From Alphaproteobacteria bacterium (GTDB taxonomy: Bacteria; Pseudomonadota; Alphaproteobacteria; MED-G09), in the NCBI GenBank assembly GCA_045565415.1, contig JBJLFK010000042.1:1-62124 (forward strand): a DNA stretch of 62,124 bases. The letters run 5' to 3'. The position numbers and the translations under genes are program-made. Numbering within the stretch: position 1 is the stretch's first letter; each line of letters begins with the position of its first letter. The notes beneath the pieces were generated by a model, which did no database searches, was not told the DNA's origin, and worked only from the letters and a program-made list of their open reading frames with translations. Below are positions 51,436 through 61,010 of this stretch, in pieces.

Positions 51436-52704
51436 ATGAATATACTTTTAATAGGTGGTGGTGGAAGAGAGCATAGCATAGCTGAGGCTCTTTCAAAAAG
51501 TAATAAAATTAATGAGCTGCACTGTATACCTGGAAACGCTGGTATAGAAAAAATTGCAAGATGTCATAATTATGATATTTCAAATCAACAAGAAATTTTA
51601 AAATTTTGTGAAAATAATAATATTGATATTATTTTTATAGGACCAGAAATTCCTCTTGTCGAAGGTCTAGCTGACTATCTTAATAGAAATAATTTTTTTA
51701 CCTTTGGGCCAAATCAAAAAGCTGCTCAACTCGAAGGATCAAAATCCTTCACAAAGGATATATGTAAAAAATACAATATTCCTACCGCAAAATATAAAAC
51801 TTTTTCAAACGCAAAAGACGCTCTTGATTATATCGATAACCACCCAATACCGCTTGTAATTAAAGTGGATGGGCTTGCAGCGGGTAAGGGAGTAATAATT
51901 GCAGAGACAAAAGATCACGCTATTAATTCAGTTAATGAAATATTTTCTGGTAAATTTGGAAATGCTGGAGATGAAATTGTCATTGAAGAATTTCTAGATG
52001 GCGAAGAGGCAAGTTTTTTTATTATTTCAGATGGAAAATCTTTTATACCCTTAACATCGGCACAAGACCACAAAAGAATTGGAGACGGAGATACTGGGCT
52101 TAATACAGGTGGTATGGGGGCATACTCACCTGCACCGATTATGAATAAAGATTTAGAGGAAAAAACAATAAATAAAATTATCAAACCTACAATTAAAGCT
52201 ATGAATGATTATGGATCACCTTATGTCGGAATATTATATGCTGGTTTAATGATAAAGAATAATGAGCCTAAGTTAATTGAATATAATGTTAGATTTGGCG
52301 ATCCAGAGTGTCAGGTAATAATTCCTAGACTTGAAAATGACTTAGTTGATTTACTAATCAATGTTAAAGAAAAAAGTCTTGATAATTATACTTTACAATG
52401 GAAAGAAAATTTTGCCATTACGATAGTTTTAGCGGCTAAAGGATATCCTGAAAGCTATGAAACTGGCGATGAAATTAAGGGATTAGATACAATAGATAGC
52501 ATAGATGATGTAGAAATATTCCATGCAGGTACTAAAAACAAAGATAATAAAATTGTAACTTCTGGAGGAAGAGTCTTAAATATAAATGGTTATGGAAAAA
52601 ATTTAGTTGATGCAAAAGAAAAAGCTTATAATCTTGTAAAAAAAATTAACTGGCCAGGTTATTATTACAGGAAAGATATTGGCTGGAGAGCATTAAAGGA
52701 ATAA
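51436..52704 (+). CDS. purD: Phosphoribosylamine--glycine ligase
   Basis: It starts MNILLIGGGGREHSIAEAL and has an ATP-grasp core and ...GDPECQ. Length is 422 aa. Confidence 0.95.
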   Translation: MNILLIGGGGREHSIAEALSKSNKINELHCIPGNAGIEKIARCHNYDISNQQEILKFCENNNIDIIFIGPEIPLVEGLADYLNRNNFFTFGPNQKAAQLEGSKSFTKDICKKYNIPTAKYKTFSNAKDALDYIDNHPIPLVIKVDGLAAGKGVIIAETKDHAINSVNEIFSGKFGNAGDEIVIEEFLDGEEASFFIISDGKSFIPLTSAQDHKRIGDGDTGLNTGGMGAYSPAPIMNKDLEEKTINKIIKPTIKAMNDYGSPYVGILYAGLMIKNNEPKLIEYNVRFGDPECQVIIPRLENDLVDLLINVKEKSLDNYTLQWKENFAITIVLAAKGYPESYETGDEIKGLDTIDSIDDVEIFHAGTKNKDNKIVTSGGRVLNINGYGKNLVDAKEKAYNLVKKINWPGYYYRKDIGWRALKE

Positions 52705-52706
52705 AA

Positions 52707-53798
52707 ATGAATACAGAAGAGGAATCATCTACAGAAAAATTTACTGGTACAATGCAAGTACAGGAAAAACTTAAAATTCCTGAAAAAAAATTAGAGGCCT
52801 ACTTAAATGATAATGTTAATGATTTTGATGGACCGTTAGAAGTTAAAGAATTTAAGGGTGGACAATCTAATCCTACATATCAACTTGTAACACCTAAGAA
52901 AAAATATGTCTTAAGACGTAAACCCCCAGGAAAACTTCTTCCATCAGCTCACGCAGTAGATAGAGAATATAAAGTTATAACTGCTCTTAATTCAACTGGT
53001 TTCCCGGTGCCTAAGACTTATAAACTTTGCTTGGATGAAAGTGTTATAGGAACAATATTTTATGTCATGGAAATGGTTGAAGGAAATATTTATTGGGAAC
53101 CAACTATTCCAGAAGTTGATAATGAACTAAGAGCTAAAATTTATAGAGAAAAAAATAAAACTTTATCAGATTTACATAACACAAATTATAAAGATATAGA
53201 TCTTGAGGATTTTGGAAAACCTGGGAATTATTTTTCTCGTCAAATATCTAGATGGACCAAGCAGTATATTGCTTCAGAAACAGAAGAAATAACCGAGATG
53301 AATAAATTAATAGACTGGTTGCCAAATAATATTCCTGGAGACGACGAAACATCAATAGTTCATGGAGATTATAGGTTAGATAATATGGTTATTGATAGAA
53401 ATAACTCAAAAGTTTTAGCTGTCTTAGATTGGGAATTATCCACACTTGGTCATCCTTTAGGTGATTTTACATACCACCTCATGCAGTGGTACATGCCTGG
53501 TGATGGAACTGGAGCTGGCACACAAACATTGTCAAACACAGATTTAAAATCAATTGGAGTACCTAGCGCTGAAGATTATATCAAAATGTATTGTGATAAT
53601 ACGAATAGAAAAGAGATAGAAAATATTGATTTTTATCTTTCTTATAATTTTTTTAGATTAGCAGGAATTTTACAAGGTATTATTGGTCGAGTTAGAGATG
53701 GAACGGCAGCTAGTGAACATGCTGAAGATAGATCAGATAGAGTTCGGCCTCTTGCAGAATCAGGTTGGTTTTATGCTCAGAAGGCTGGTGCAGTTTAA
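52707..53798 (+). CDS. APH-family phosphotransferase (ACAD10/11 N-terminal kinase-domain type, COG3173-like)
   Basis: It has FKGGQSNPTYQL...YVLRRKPPGKLLPSAHAVDREYKV, the catalytic loop HGDYRLDN and VLDWE. Length is 363 aa, and it lies 2 nt after the purD stop. Confidence 0.75.
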   Translation: MNTEEESSTEKFTGTMQVQEKLKIPEKKLEAYLNDNVNDFDGPLEVKEFKGGQSNPTYQLVTPKKKYVLRRKPPGKLLPSAHAVDREYKVITALNSTGFPVPKTYKLCLDESVIGTIFYVMEMVEGNIYWEPTIPEVDNELRAKIYREKNKTLSDLHNTNYKDIDLEDFGKPGNYFSRQISRWTKQYIASETEEITEMNKLIDWLPNNIPGDDETSIVHGDYRLDNMVIDRNNSKVLAVLDWELSTLGHPLGDFTYHLMQWYMPGDGTGAGTQTLSNTDLKSIGVPSAEDYIKMYCDNTNRKEIENIDFYLSYNFFRLAGILQGIIGRVRDGTAASEHAEDRSDRVRPLAESGWFYAQKAGAV

Positions 53799-54488
53799 TT
53801 ATTTTTCAATAATTTTTACTCCATTCTCTTCTCCTAATATTACAATATTTGCCATATCAACAAATAAACCATTCTCGACTACTCCAGGAATTGTATTTAA
53901 TAAATTATCAATAATAGAAGGCTCTTTTATTAAACCAATTGATAAATCATAAATTAAATTTTTGCTATCGGTCTGAAAAGGTAAGTTATTTAGTATTCTT
54001 AAGTCTGCAGTTCCGGAGTATCCTATTGCTTCAAGCTTTTCTAAAACACGCTTTATAGTTGTATCATGCTCAAAATCTATAACTTCAATAGGTAATTTGA
54101 AATCACCTAATTTACTTACTTTTTTTGAATCATCTGCAATAACAATCATTTTTTTGGAGTTGAAAGCTATAATTTTCTCTCTTAATAACGCACCACCACC
54201 ACCTTTTAAAAGTGAGAGATTGTCATCAATTTCATCTGCTCCATCAATTGTAATATCAAGAATATTGTAATCTTCTAAATTTCCAAGAGGAATTTTTAAT
54301 GTTTCAGCCAATTTTTTTGTATTTTCTGATGTAGGGATGCATATAATTTCAAAACCATCTCTTACTTTCTCTGATAGAACCTTTGTAAATTCGTCAGCAG
54401 TACTTCCAGTTCCTAAACCGAGCTTCATACCCTCTTCAATATATTCAAAAGCTTTTTTGGCAGCTATAATTTTTTTTTCTTTAGACAT
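53799..54488 (-). CDS. rpiA: Ribose-5-phosphate isomerase A
   Basis: The motifs LGLGTGSTA, IDGADEID and KGGGGALLREK are present. Length is 229 aa. Confidence 0.93.
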   Translation of the reverse strand: MSKEKKIIAAKKAFEYIEEGMKLGLGTGSTADEFTKVLSEKVRDGFEIICIPTSENTKKLAETLKIPLGNLEDYNILDITIDGADEIDDNLSLLKGGGGALLREKIIAFNSKKMIVIADDSKKVSKLGDFKLPIEVIDFEHDTTIKRVLEKLEAIGYSGTADLRILNNLPFQTDSKNLIYDLSIGLIKEPSIIDNLLNTIPGVVENGLFVDMANIVILGEENGVKIIEK

Positions 54489-55210
54489 TAAGTTTCCTCT
54501 GAACCTGCTTTTATTTTGTGCGCTTTCAATATTCTATCATATGCGTTATTAATAATAGCTAGCTTTTCATTTGCCATACCTAATAACTCTTTTGGTACCC
54601 CGTTTGCAATCATTTTATCAGGATGATTTTGTGCGGCTAATTCTTTCCATGCTTTTTGCGCAATATCAATATTTGAACCAGCATTGATACCTAAAATTAA
54701 CCATGGATCATCAATTGCTGATGCCATATGACTAGCCCTAATACGAGCAAATTCTGCTGATGAAAAACCAAAAATACCTGCTACATTCTCTAAAAAAACA
54801 ACTTCGCTTTCATTTACTGGTCCATCAGACTTTGCAATATGGAATAATCCATCAAGAACATTTTCTAAAACCTCAAATTTTCCTTCAAAAATTTTAGAAA
54901 TTTGTTCAGCATATGCTTCATAACCAGCAATATCTTGTTGTGCTAATTTATAAATTTTAATTACATTATTTAATTCATTCTTTGGAACTTCACTTAGTAT
55001 TTCATTAAATGCCATTAATTCTTTTTCTGAAAAATCACCATCTGCTCTAGACATTTTTGCTGAAAGAGCTATTAAAGCTATAGCGAATGCCACATCTTCA
55101 TCTTCTTTATCAATGACATAATGACCTGCAACTGCTCCAACAACAGCACCTATAATTCCACCAATAAAGTATCCAGCGGAAGCACCAGCAAGTTTACCCC
55201 AAGTCGACAT
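54488..55210 (-). CDS. djlA: DjlA-like co-chaperone (membrane anchor, TerB-like domain, C-terminal J domain)
   Basis: It has an N-terminal Gly-rich TM segment, a central TerB-like region and a C-terminal J domain with HPDK (AAQNHPDKM). Confidence 0.7.
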   Translation of the reverse strand: MSTWGKLAGASAGYFIGGIIGAVVGAVAGHYVIDKEDEDVAFAIALIALSAKMSRADGDFSEKELMAFNEILSEVPKNELNNVIKIYKLAQQDIAGYEAYAEQISKIFEGKFEVLENVLDGLFHIAKSDGPVNESEVVFLENVAGIFGFSSAEFARIRASHMASAIDDPWLILGINAGSNIDIAQKAWKELAAQNHPDKMIANGVPKELLGMANEKLAIINNAYDRILKAHKIKAGSEET

Positions 55211-55260
55211 GTTAGTAATTTATCCTGAGTCGTGATAAATTTCTTTTCTTGAATATATGT

Positions 55261-56472
55261 TTATAATCCGAGTACGGCTTTAGAAATAATATTTCTTTGA
55301 ATCTCATTTGAACCAGCATAAATAGTTGTTTTTCTTCCATTATAATATTCAGGAGTAATTGTTGCAGCATATTCTGGCCCAATACTCGGTTCATTAACAT
55401 TTGCAAAAGTATCTTCTACAAATGGATGAGACCAATATCCTATAGCTTCAACGGCAAGTTCCTGCAAATATTGACCTATCTCAGTACCTCTTGTTTTTAA
55501 AATTGAAGATTCTGGACCTACTCTTTGTCCAGCAGACAGCGCTGAAAAAATTCTATGTTCTACAAACTCCATAGCTTGGATTTGAATTTCACATTCGCTA
55601 ATTTTATTTAGAAAATCATTATCATCTAATAAAGTTAATCCATCACCAACAGATGTATCTCTAGCTATTTCTTTTAAATTCTTTATGCCTCTATATAACC
55701 CTGGTGAATATGCTGTTCCTCTCTCAAATTCAAGTAAGTACTTAGCATATGTCCAACCTTTATTTTCTTCACCAATTAAATTTTCTATTGGAACTTTTAC
55801 ATCTTCAAAAAAGACTTGATTAACCTCTTGATGTGGTTCTGGGCTATTATCAATTGTAATTAAGGGCCTTACCTCAATACCAGGAGACTTCATATCAATT
55901 AATAAGAAAGATATACCTTGTTGAGGTTTTTCTGTTTTTGAAGTTCGAACTAAACAAAAAATCCAATCAGCGTATTGCGCCATAGTGGTCCAAATTTTTG
56001 TTCCATTAACTAAATAATGATCACCTTTATTTTCTGCCTTACATTGTAATGAAGCTAAATCAGAACCAGAACCAGGCTCTGAATAACCTTGACACCACCA
56101 AACATTACTTTCAAGAATATCAGGTAGAAATTTATCCTTTTGTTCTTGCGTACCGAATTCCATAATCACAGGCGCTACCATCGATAATCCAAATGGTATA
56201 GTTCTTGGCGCTCCTTCGCGAGCCATTTCTGATTCAAAAATGTACTTTTGTGTAGAAGTAAAACCCGCTCCACCATATTGCTCTGGCCAGTTTGGTGCCA
56301 TCCACCCTCGTTGATGTAAAGATTTCTGCCATTTTACATGAAGATCTTTTCCAGCATGGCCGTTTTTTGATAGTGATAAAGTTTTTCTCATATCTTCTGT
56401 AAAGGTTTCTTTAATAAAACTTCTTACTTCATCTCTAAATTTTATATCTTCATCTTTAAAACCTAATTGCAT
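55261..56472 (-). CDS. Acyl-CoA dehydrogenase, large-subunit-like paralog 2
   Basis: The 403-aa protein has WWCQGYSEPGSGSDLASL, ...FERGTA... and a C-terminal YAGSNEIQRNIISKAVLGL. It is clearly paralogous to the ORF at 58425..59621. Confidence 0.88.
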   Translation of the reverse strand: MQLGFKDEDIKFRDEVRSFIKETFTEDMRKTLSLSKNGHAGKDLHVKWQKSLHQRGWMAPNWPEQYGGAGFTSTQKYIFESEMAREGAPRTIPFGLSMVAPVIMEFGTQEQKDKFLPDILESNVWWCQGYSEPGSGSDLASLQCKAENKGDHYLVNGTKIWTTMAQYADWIFCLVRTSKTEKPQQGISFLLIDMKSPGIEVRPLITIDNSPEPHQEVNQVFFEDVKVPIENLIGEENKGWTYAKYLLEFERGTAYSPGLYRGIKNLKEIARDTSVGDGLTLLDDNDFLNKISECEIQIQAMEFVEHRIFSALSAGQRVGPESSILKTRGTEIGQYLQELAVEAIGYWSHPFVEDTFANVNEPSIGPEYAATITPEYYNGRKTTIYAGSNEIQRNIISKAVLGL

Positions 56473-56480
56473 AATTTCTC

Positions 56481-57281
56481 CTATTTACCTTTAAAATTTC
56501 CATCTCTCTTTTCAAAAAATGCTGATAATGCTTCTTGATGATCTTCAGTTAAGTGCATCAAAGCTTGCATATTTGCCGACATTTCAAGCACAGTATCGAA
56601 GCTATTTGTAATTCCTTCTCTAAGTAGTTTTTTGGCCATCCTTAAAGCATCAGGAGGTTGTTTTACAATTTCTAAAGCAAGTGTATTAGCATCTTCCATT
56701 AATGATTCATGTTTTGATATCTCACTAATCAAGCCCCATTCTTTGGCTGTTTCAGGATTAATGATTTTACCAGTATAAAGTAGTTCAGCTGCTTTCGAAA
56801 AACCTATTATTTTTGGTAACAACCAGGCACCACCGTCACCTGGGATCAATCCAATCTTTAAAAAAGTAACACCAAATTTGGCCTTTTCTGATGCTATCCT
56901 TACATCTGCAAGACATGCTACATCATTGCCTAAACCAATCGCTGGTCCATTTATTGCTGCAATTACAGGAACCTCAATATTCCATACAGCTCTTATTATT
57001 CTATGGATGCCATAGCGATATCTCTCTCTTAGAGCTACAGAAGATCCAGAAAAATTACCTTTTTTTTCCTTCATATTTTTGACATTTCCACCAGCAGAAA
57101 AAGCGGAGCCCTCTCCGGTAAGAATTACACATCTTATATCTCTATCATTATTGATTAAATCTCGAGCTTCTTCAAAATTTTCTGCATCTTCAGGTTCGCC
57201 AAGAGGGTTTCTTATATCTGGTCTATTAAGCTTTAATATTCCAATAGAGCCATTTTTTTCAAATTTTAGCCATTCATTCAT
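56481..57281 (-). CDS. Enoyl-CoA hydratase/isomerase (crotonase family)
   Basis: It has the crotonase oxyanion-hole region ILTGEGSAFSAGG and ...INGPAIGLG. Length is 266 aa. Confidence 0.88.
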   Translation of the reverse strand: MNEWLKFEKNGSIGILKLNRPDIRNPLGEPEDAENFEEARDLINNDRDIRCVILTGEGSAFSAGGNVKNMKEKKGNFSGSSVALRERYRYGIHRIIRAVWNIEVPVIAAINGPAIGLGNDVACLADVRIASEKAKFGVTFLKIGLIPGDGGAWLLPKIIGFSKAAELLYTGKIINPETAKEWGLISEISKHESLMEDANTLALEIVKQPPDALRMAKKLLREGITNSFDTVLEMSANMQALMHLTEDHQEALSAFFEKRDGNFKGK

Positions 57282-57287
57282 ATTGCT

Positions 57288-58415
57288 TTACTCGGCAGAA
57301 GAATATTTTTTTAAATGATGATCAATATTACCATAAGAATTTTCGATCATAGATAATCTTTTAAAATAATGACCAACATTTAACTCGTCTGTCATTCCCA
57401 TGCCTCCATGTAGTTGAACAGCGCTTTGACCAATAAATTTCGCAGCTTTAGCGATTTGAACTTTAGCCCCTGAAGCAGCTTTTCTTCTTTCCGCATAATC
57501 TTCGTCCAATTTTAAATTTACCATATAAGTCATAGATACACTTTGTTCATATTGCATGAACATATCTACCATACGATGTTGAAGAACTTGAAATTTACCA
57601 ATAGGTTGACCAAATTGTTTTCTAGTTTTGCAATATTCTACTGTAGCATCATTTAAAACTTTCATTGCACCTATAGCTTCGGAACAGATAGCTGCAATAG
57701 ATTCATCAACTATTAATTCGATTAATTCAGCTCCTTTTCCTTCTTCGCCAATTAACTCGTCTTTAGAAATCGTTACATTTTCTAATGTTAATTCTGATGC
57801 TCTACTCCCGTCAACAGTTGGATAATCTCTAATTGATAAACCTTCTGAATTTTTATCAACAATAAGAACTGATACTCCATCAGAGTCTCTTTGATCACCT
57901 GATGTTCTAACTGAAACAATAAATTTATTTGCCCATGGGCCTCCAGATACAACTGATTTGTAACCATTAATAATATAATTATCACCATCAAGTGTAGCTG
58001 TAGTAGTCAGATCGTTTAAATTATATCGCCCTTGTGGTTCAGCATATGCAAAAGACCAAATATCTTCACCTGAGATAACTCCAGGAATATATTTTTCTTT
58101 TATGCTTGTACTTGCTCTTCTTAAAAATCCTCCGCATGTCACAACAGTTTGTATATAAGGCTCTACAACTAGGCCCTTTCCAAATTCCTCAGCAACAATC
58201 ATTGTCTCAACAGATCCAAAATTTAATCCACCATCTTCTTCAGAAAAAGGTAAACCTAACAAACCAAGTTCAGCAAATTGTTTCCAATTTTCTTGTTTCA
58301 TTCCTTCTTCAGACTTAACTATTGCCTGCCTTTTATCAAAATCATAATTGTCTTGAATAAAAGACTGTATTGTATTCCTCAATAAAGTTTGTTCTTCACT
58401 AAAAGAAAAATCCAT
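57288..58415 (-). CDS. Acyl-CoA dehydrogenase family protein, divergent small-subunit-like member
   Basis: The 375-aa protein has an ACAD fold (…FAYAEPQGRYNLNDL…, …QLHGGMGMTDE…). It lacks the SEPG(S/A)GSD motif of its two neighbours. Confidence 0.8.
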   Translation of the reverse strand: MDFSFSEEQTLLRNTIQSFIQDNYDFDKRQAIVKSEEGMKQENWKQFAELGLLGLPFSEEDGGLNFGSVETMIVAEEFGKGLVVEPYIQTVVTCGGFLRRASTSIKEKYIPGVISGEDIWSFAYAEPQGRYNLNDLTTTATLDGDNYIINGYKSVVSGGPWANKFIVSVRTSGDQRDSDGVSVLIVDKNSEGLSIRDYPTVDGSRASELTLENVTISKDELIGEEGKGAELIELIVDESIAAICSEAIGAMKVLNDATVEYCKTRKQFGQPIGKFQVLQHRMVDMFMQYEQSVSMTYMVNLKLDEDYAERRKAASGAKVQIAKAAKFIGQSAVQLHGGMGMTDELNVGHYFKRLSMIENSYGNIDHHLKKYSSAE

Positions 58416-58424
58416 TGTTACCTC

Positions 58425-59621
58425 CTATAACCCTAACACCATTTTGGCGATAATATTTTTTTGAATTTCATTTGATCCGCCATAAATGGAAGTTTTTCTA
58501 GTATTAAAATAATTTTGCGCAACACCATGGCTATAATCAGGGCCAATTGTTAAATAATTAGATCCTTGTCTCTCAAAAGCAGGAGTTAGATATGGGTTAG
58601 AGTAATGACCCACTGCTTCCATAGTTAATTCTGTGATTCTCTGCTGAATTTCGGTTCCCTTAATTTTAAGTATTGAAGATTCAGCGCCTGGTCCTTCGCC
58701 CTTACTTTCCTTTGCTAAAGTCCTTAATTCTGTATATTCAAGAGCAGTTAAATCAACCTCAAGATCTGCAATTTTTGAATTAAAATCTGAATCATTAATT
58801 AAATTATCACCATCTATATATTCAGAAGATGCTATATCCTTGAGACGCTCTACTGCTTTTTTAGATCTTGCTACACCCGCTATTCCTGTTCGCTCATTAC
58901 CTAATAGAAATTTTGCAATTGTCCATCCCATATTTTCTTCTCCAACAAGGTTTTCTGCTGGCACTTTAACATCCTCTAAAAAAACTTCGTTAACCTCATG
59001 CCCACCATCTAGAGTAATAATTGGCTTAACATCAATTCCTTCAGTTTTCATATCAATTAAAAGAAAGGATATACCCTCTTGAGGCTTTCCATCGTTCTTT
59101 GTTCTTACTAAACAGAACATCCAATCAGCAAATTGGGCTAATGTTGTCCATGTCTTATGTCCATTAACAATATAATGATCCCCAACTTTCTCTGCTTTCG
59201 TTCTTAAACTAGCTAAATCAGATCCTGCTCCAGATTCTGAATAACCCTGACACCACCAATCATTTCCTGATAAAATACCTTTTAAGACCCAATCTTTTTG
59301 ATCTTCATTTCCAAAACCAATTATAACGGGACCAAGCATAGTTAAACCAAAGGGAATTAAAGGAGTTGTACCCGCATTAGCGCATTCTTGATCCCAAATA
59401 TATCTCTGAGTAATATTCCAACCTGTTCCACCATATTCTTCTGGCCATTGAGGTGCAATCCAACCTTTTTTATATAAAACTTTATGCCAAGAGAGCATGT
59501 CATCTCTTGTTAAATCAGTTCTTTTATCAATATCTTTTAATTTTTGAGGAAAGCTCTTATCTATAAAATCTTTTACCTCTTGACGAAAATTCTCATCCTC
59601 TTTTGTAAATGCTAGATCCAT
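58425..59621 (-). CDS. Acyl-CoA dehydrogenase, large-subunit-like paralog 1
   Basis: The 398-aa protein has WWCQGYSESGAGSDLASL, ...GNERTGIAG... and a C-terminal YGGSNEIQKNIIAKMVLGL. Confidence 0.88.
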   Translation of the reverse strand: MDLAFTKEDENFRQEVKDFIDKSFPQKLKDIDKRTDLTRDDMLSWHKVLYKKGWIAPQWPEEYGGTGWNITQRYIWDQECANAGTTPLIPFGLTMLGPVIIGFGNEDQKDWVLKGILSGNDWWCQGYSESGAGSDLASLRTKAEKVGDHYIVNGHKTWTTLAQFADWMFCLVRTKNDGKPQEGISFLLIDMKTEGIDVKPIITLDGGHEVNEVFLEDVKVPAENLVGEENMGWTIAKFLLGNERTGIAGVARSKKAVERLKDIASSEYIDGDNLINDSDFNSKIADLEVDLTALEYTELRTLAKESKGEGPGAESSILKIKGTEIQQRITELTMEAVGHYSNPYLTPAFERQGSNYLTIGPDYSHGVAQNYFNTRKTSIYGGSNEIQKNIIAKMVLGL

Positions 59622-59820
59622 TTTTTAAAATATTCCTAAATAATCAGTTATTTAACAGTTTAGTATCAATTTAAATATAATTAATTATATATTCTTAACA
59701 GAGGTTAATATTTAAATCCATTACCTTTTTGACGCATATTTTTTCAATTTATTTGATAAAATTTATATATTTAAAATTATATAATGGTTATATATTATTT
59801 ATTGTTTAGGGGTTTATCAA

Positions 59821-60993
59821 ATGGATAGAAAAGAAGAGTATAATAAAATAGCAGAAAGAGTTATTGGTCATGTTGAGAATAATACTACTGACCAGGCTGA
59901 AAATATACTTTCAATTCCCACATCAGATTATACATGCAAAAATAGATGGAATTCTGAAATAAATAAAATATTTAAAGAATTGCCTCTAATGTTGGCATTA
60001 TCAATTGAAATACCAAATAAAGGTGATTACAAAAGCATGGAAGTTGTTGGGATACCAGTTCTAATAACAAGAGACAAAGAGTCAAAGGTTCATGCTTTTA
60101 GAAATGTCTGCTCACATCGTGGGGCTCCTTTAGCAGGTGAAGAAATTGGAAATAAAAATAGATTTACATGCCCATATCATGGATGGACTTATTCAAATCG
60201 AGGTGATCTAATTGGTGTTCTGGAAAATGATAAATTTGGTGAACTTGATAAAAGTTGCAATGGACTTCAGGTTTTGCCTTGTGAAGAATTTGGAGGAATG
60301 ATTTTTGTAACCTTAACTCCTGATTTAGAATTGAATTTAGATAAATTTCTTGGAGGTATGAAAGCTGAGATAGAGCATTTCAAACTTCAAAACTGGTATT
60401 ATCATGGCTTTAAAATCATTCATGGTGCAAATTGGAAAATAGCTTTTGACGGATATTTGGAAGGTTATCATTTTTCAACTGCTCATAAAGAAACAATTCT
60501 GCCTATGACCCAGCAAGGAATTATGGATTTTTCATCATTTGGACCTCACCTTAGGATCGCTTTTGCATCTACAAATATTGAAGAAATACGTGATTTACCA
60601 AAAAATGAATGGTGGAAAAAAGAAGGGGCTGGAGTAGATTTTGTAAGAACATTATTCCCTAATATTTCAATTTCCCTTGGACTTGGAATTGGTCAAATAG
60701 CTCAAATCTTACCTGGTAATACTCCTGATAAGAATACAACGGTTTTGCATTATGTTGCACCTGAAGCACCAAAAAATGAAGAAGATAAAGCGGAGTTAGA
60801 TCATTTTATGAATTTCTTAAGAGATGTAGTTAATGATGAAGATTATGCTTTAGGATTAGAAATCCAAAGAGGCTTAGACTCCAACTCAAAAAAGAATATT
60901 CTTTTTGGAAAGAATGAAAGAGGCAACCAATACTTTCATAAATATGTAGATTTTTATATAGATGAAAATATCAAAAAACCACCAATCCTATAG
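59821..60993 (+). CDS. Rieske [2Fe-2S] non-heme-iron oxygenase, alpha-subunit type, substrate unknown
   Basis: The Rieske motif is CSHRGAPL-x16-CPYHGW. The mononuclear iron region reads DGYLEGYHFSTAH. Length is 390 aa. No reductase or beta subunit lies adjacent in the window. Confidence 0.85.
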   Translation: MDRKEEYNKIAERVIGHVENNTTDQAENILSIPTSDYTCKNRWNSEINKIFKELPLMLALSIEIPNKGDYKSMEVVGIPVLITRDKESKVHAFRNVCSHRGAPLAGEEIGNKNRFTCPYHGWTYSNRGDLIGVLENDKFGELDKSCNGLQVLPCEEFGGMIFVTLTPDLELNLDKFLGGMKAEIEHFKLQNWYYHGFKIIHGANWKIAFDGYLEGYHFSTAHKETILPMTQQGIMDFSSFGPHLRIAFASTNIEEIRDLPKNEWWKKEGAGVDFVRTLFPNISISLGLGIGQIAQILPGNTPDKNTTVLHYVAPEAPKNEEDKAELDHFMNFLRDVVNDEDYALGLEIQRGLDSNSKKNILFGKNERGNQYFHKYVDFYIDENIKKPPIL

Positions 60994-61010
60994 CGGCAAA
61001 TCTCTTAAGC

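Noticed and set aside
1730-58318. All other 60-109-aa track ORFs nested in or antisense to the annotated genes. Examples are 1730..1924, 3279..3524, 7309..7554, 18748..19077, 29839..30144, 35488..35694, 48419..48721, 55212..55406 and 58106..58318.
   Set aside because: Each overlaps a confidently identified gene almost completely, and none has a recognisable family signature. I treat them as shadow ORFs.
59675-59690. A 16-bp perfect palindrome, ATATAATTAATTATAT, in the ACAD/Rieske divergent spacer.
   Set aside because: It is pure A/T sequence in an AT-rich promoter region. There is no regulator gene nearby and no second copy was seen. It is easily produced by chance and by overlapping -10-like elements.
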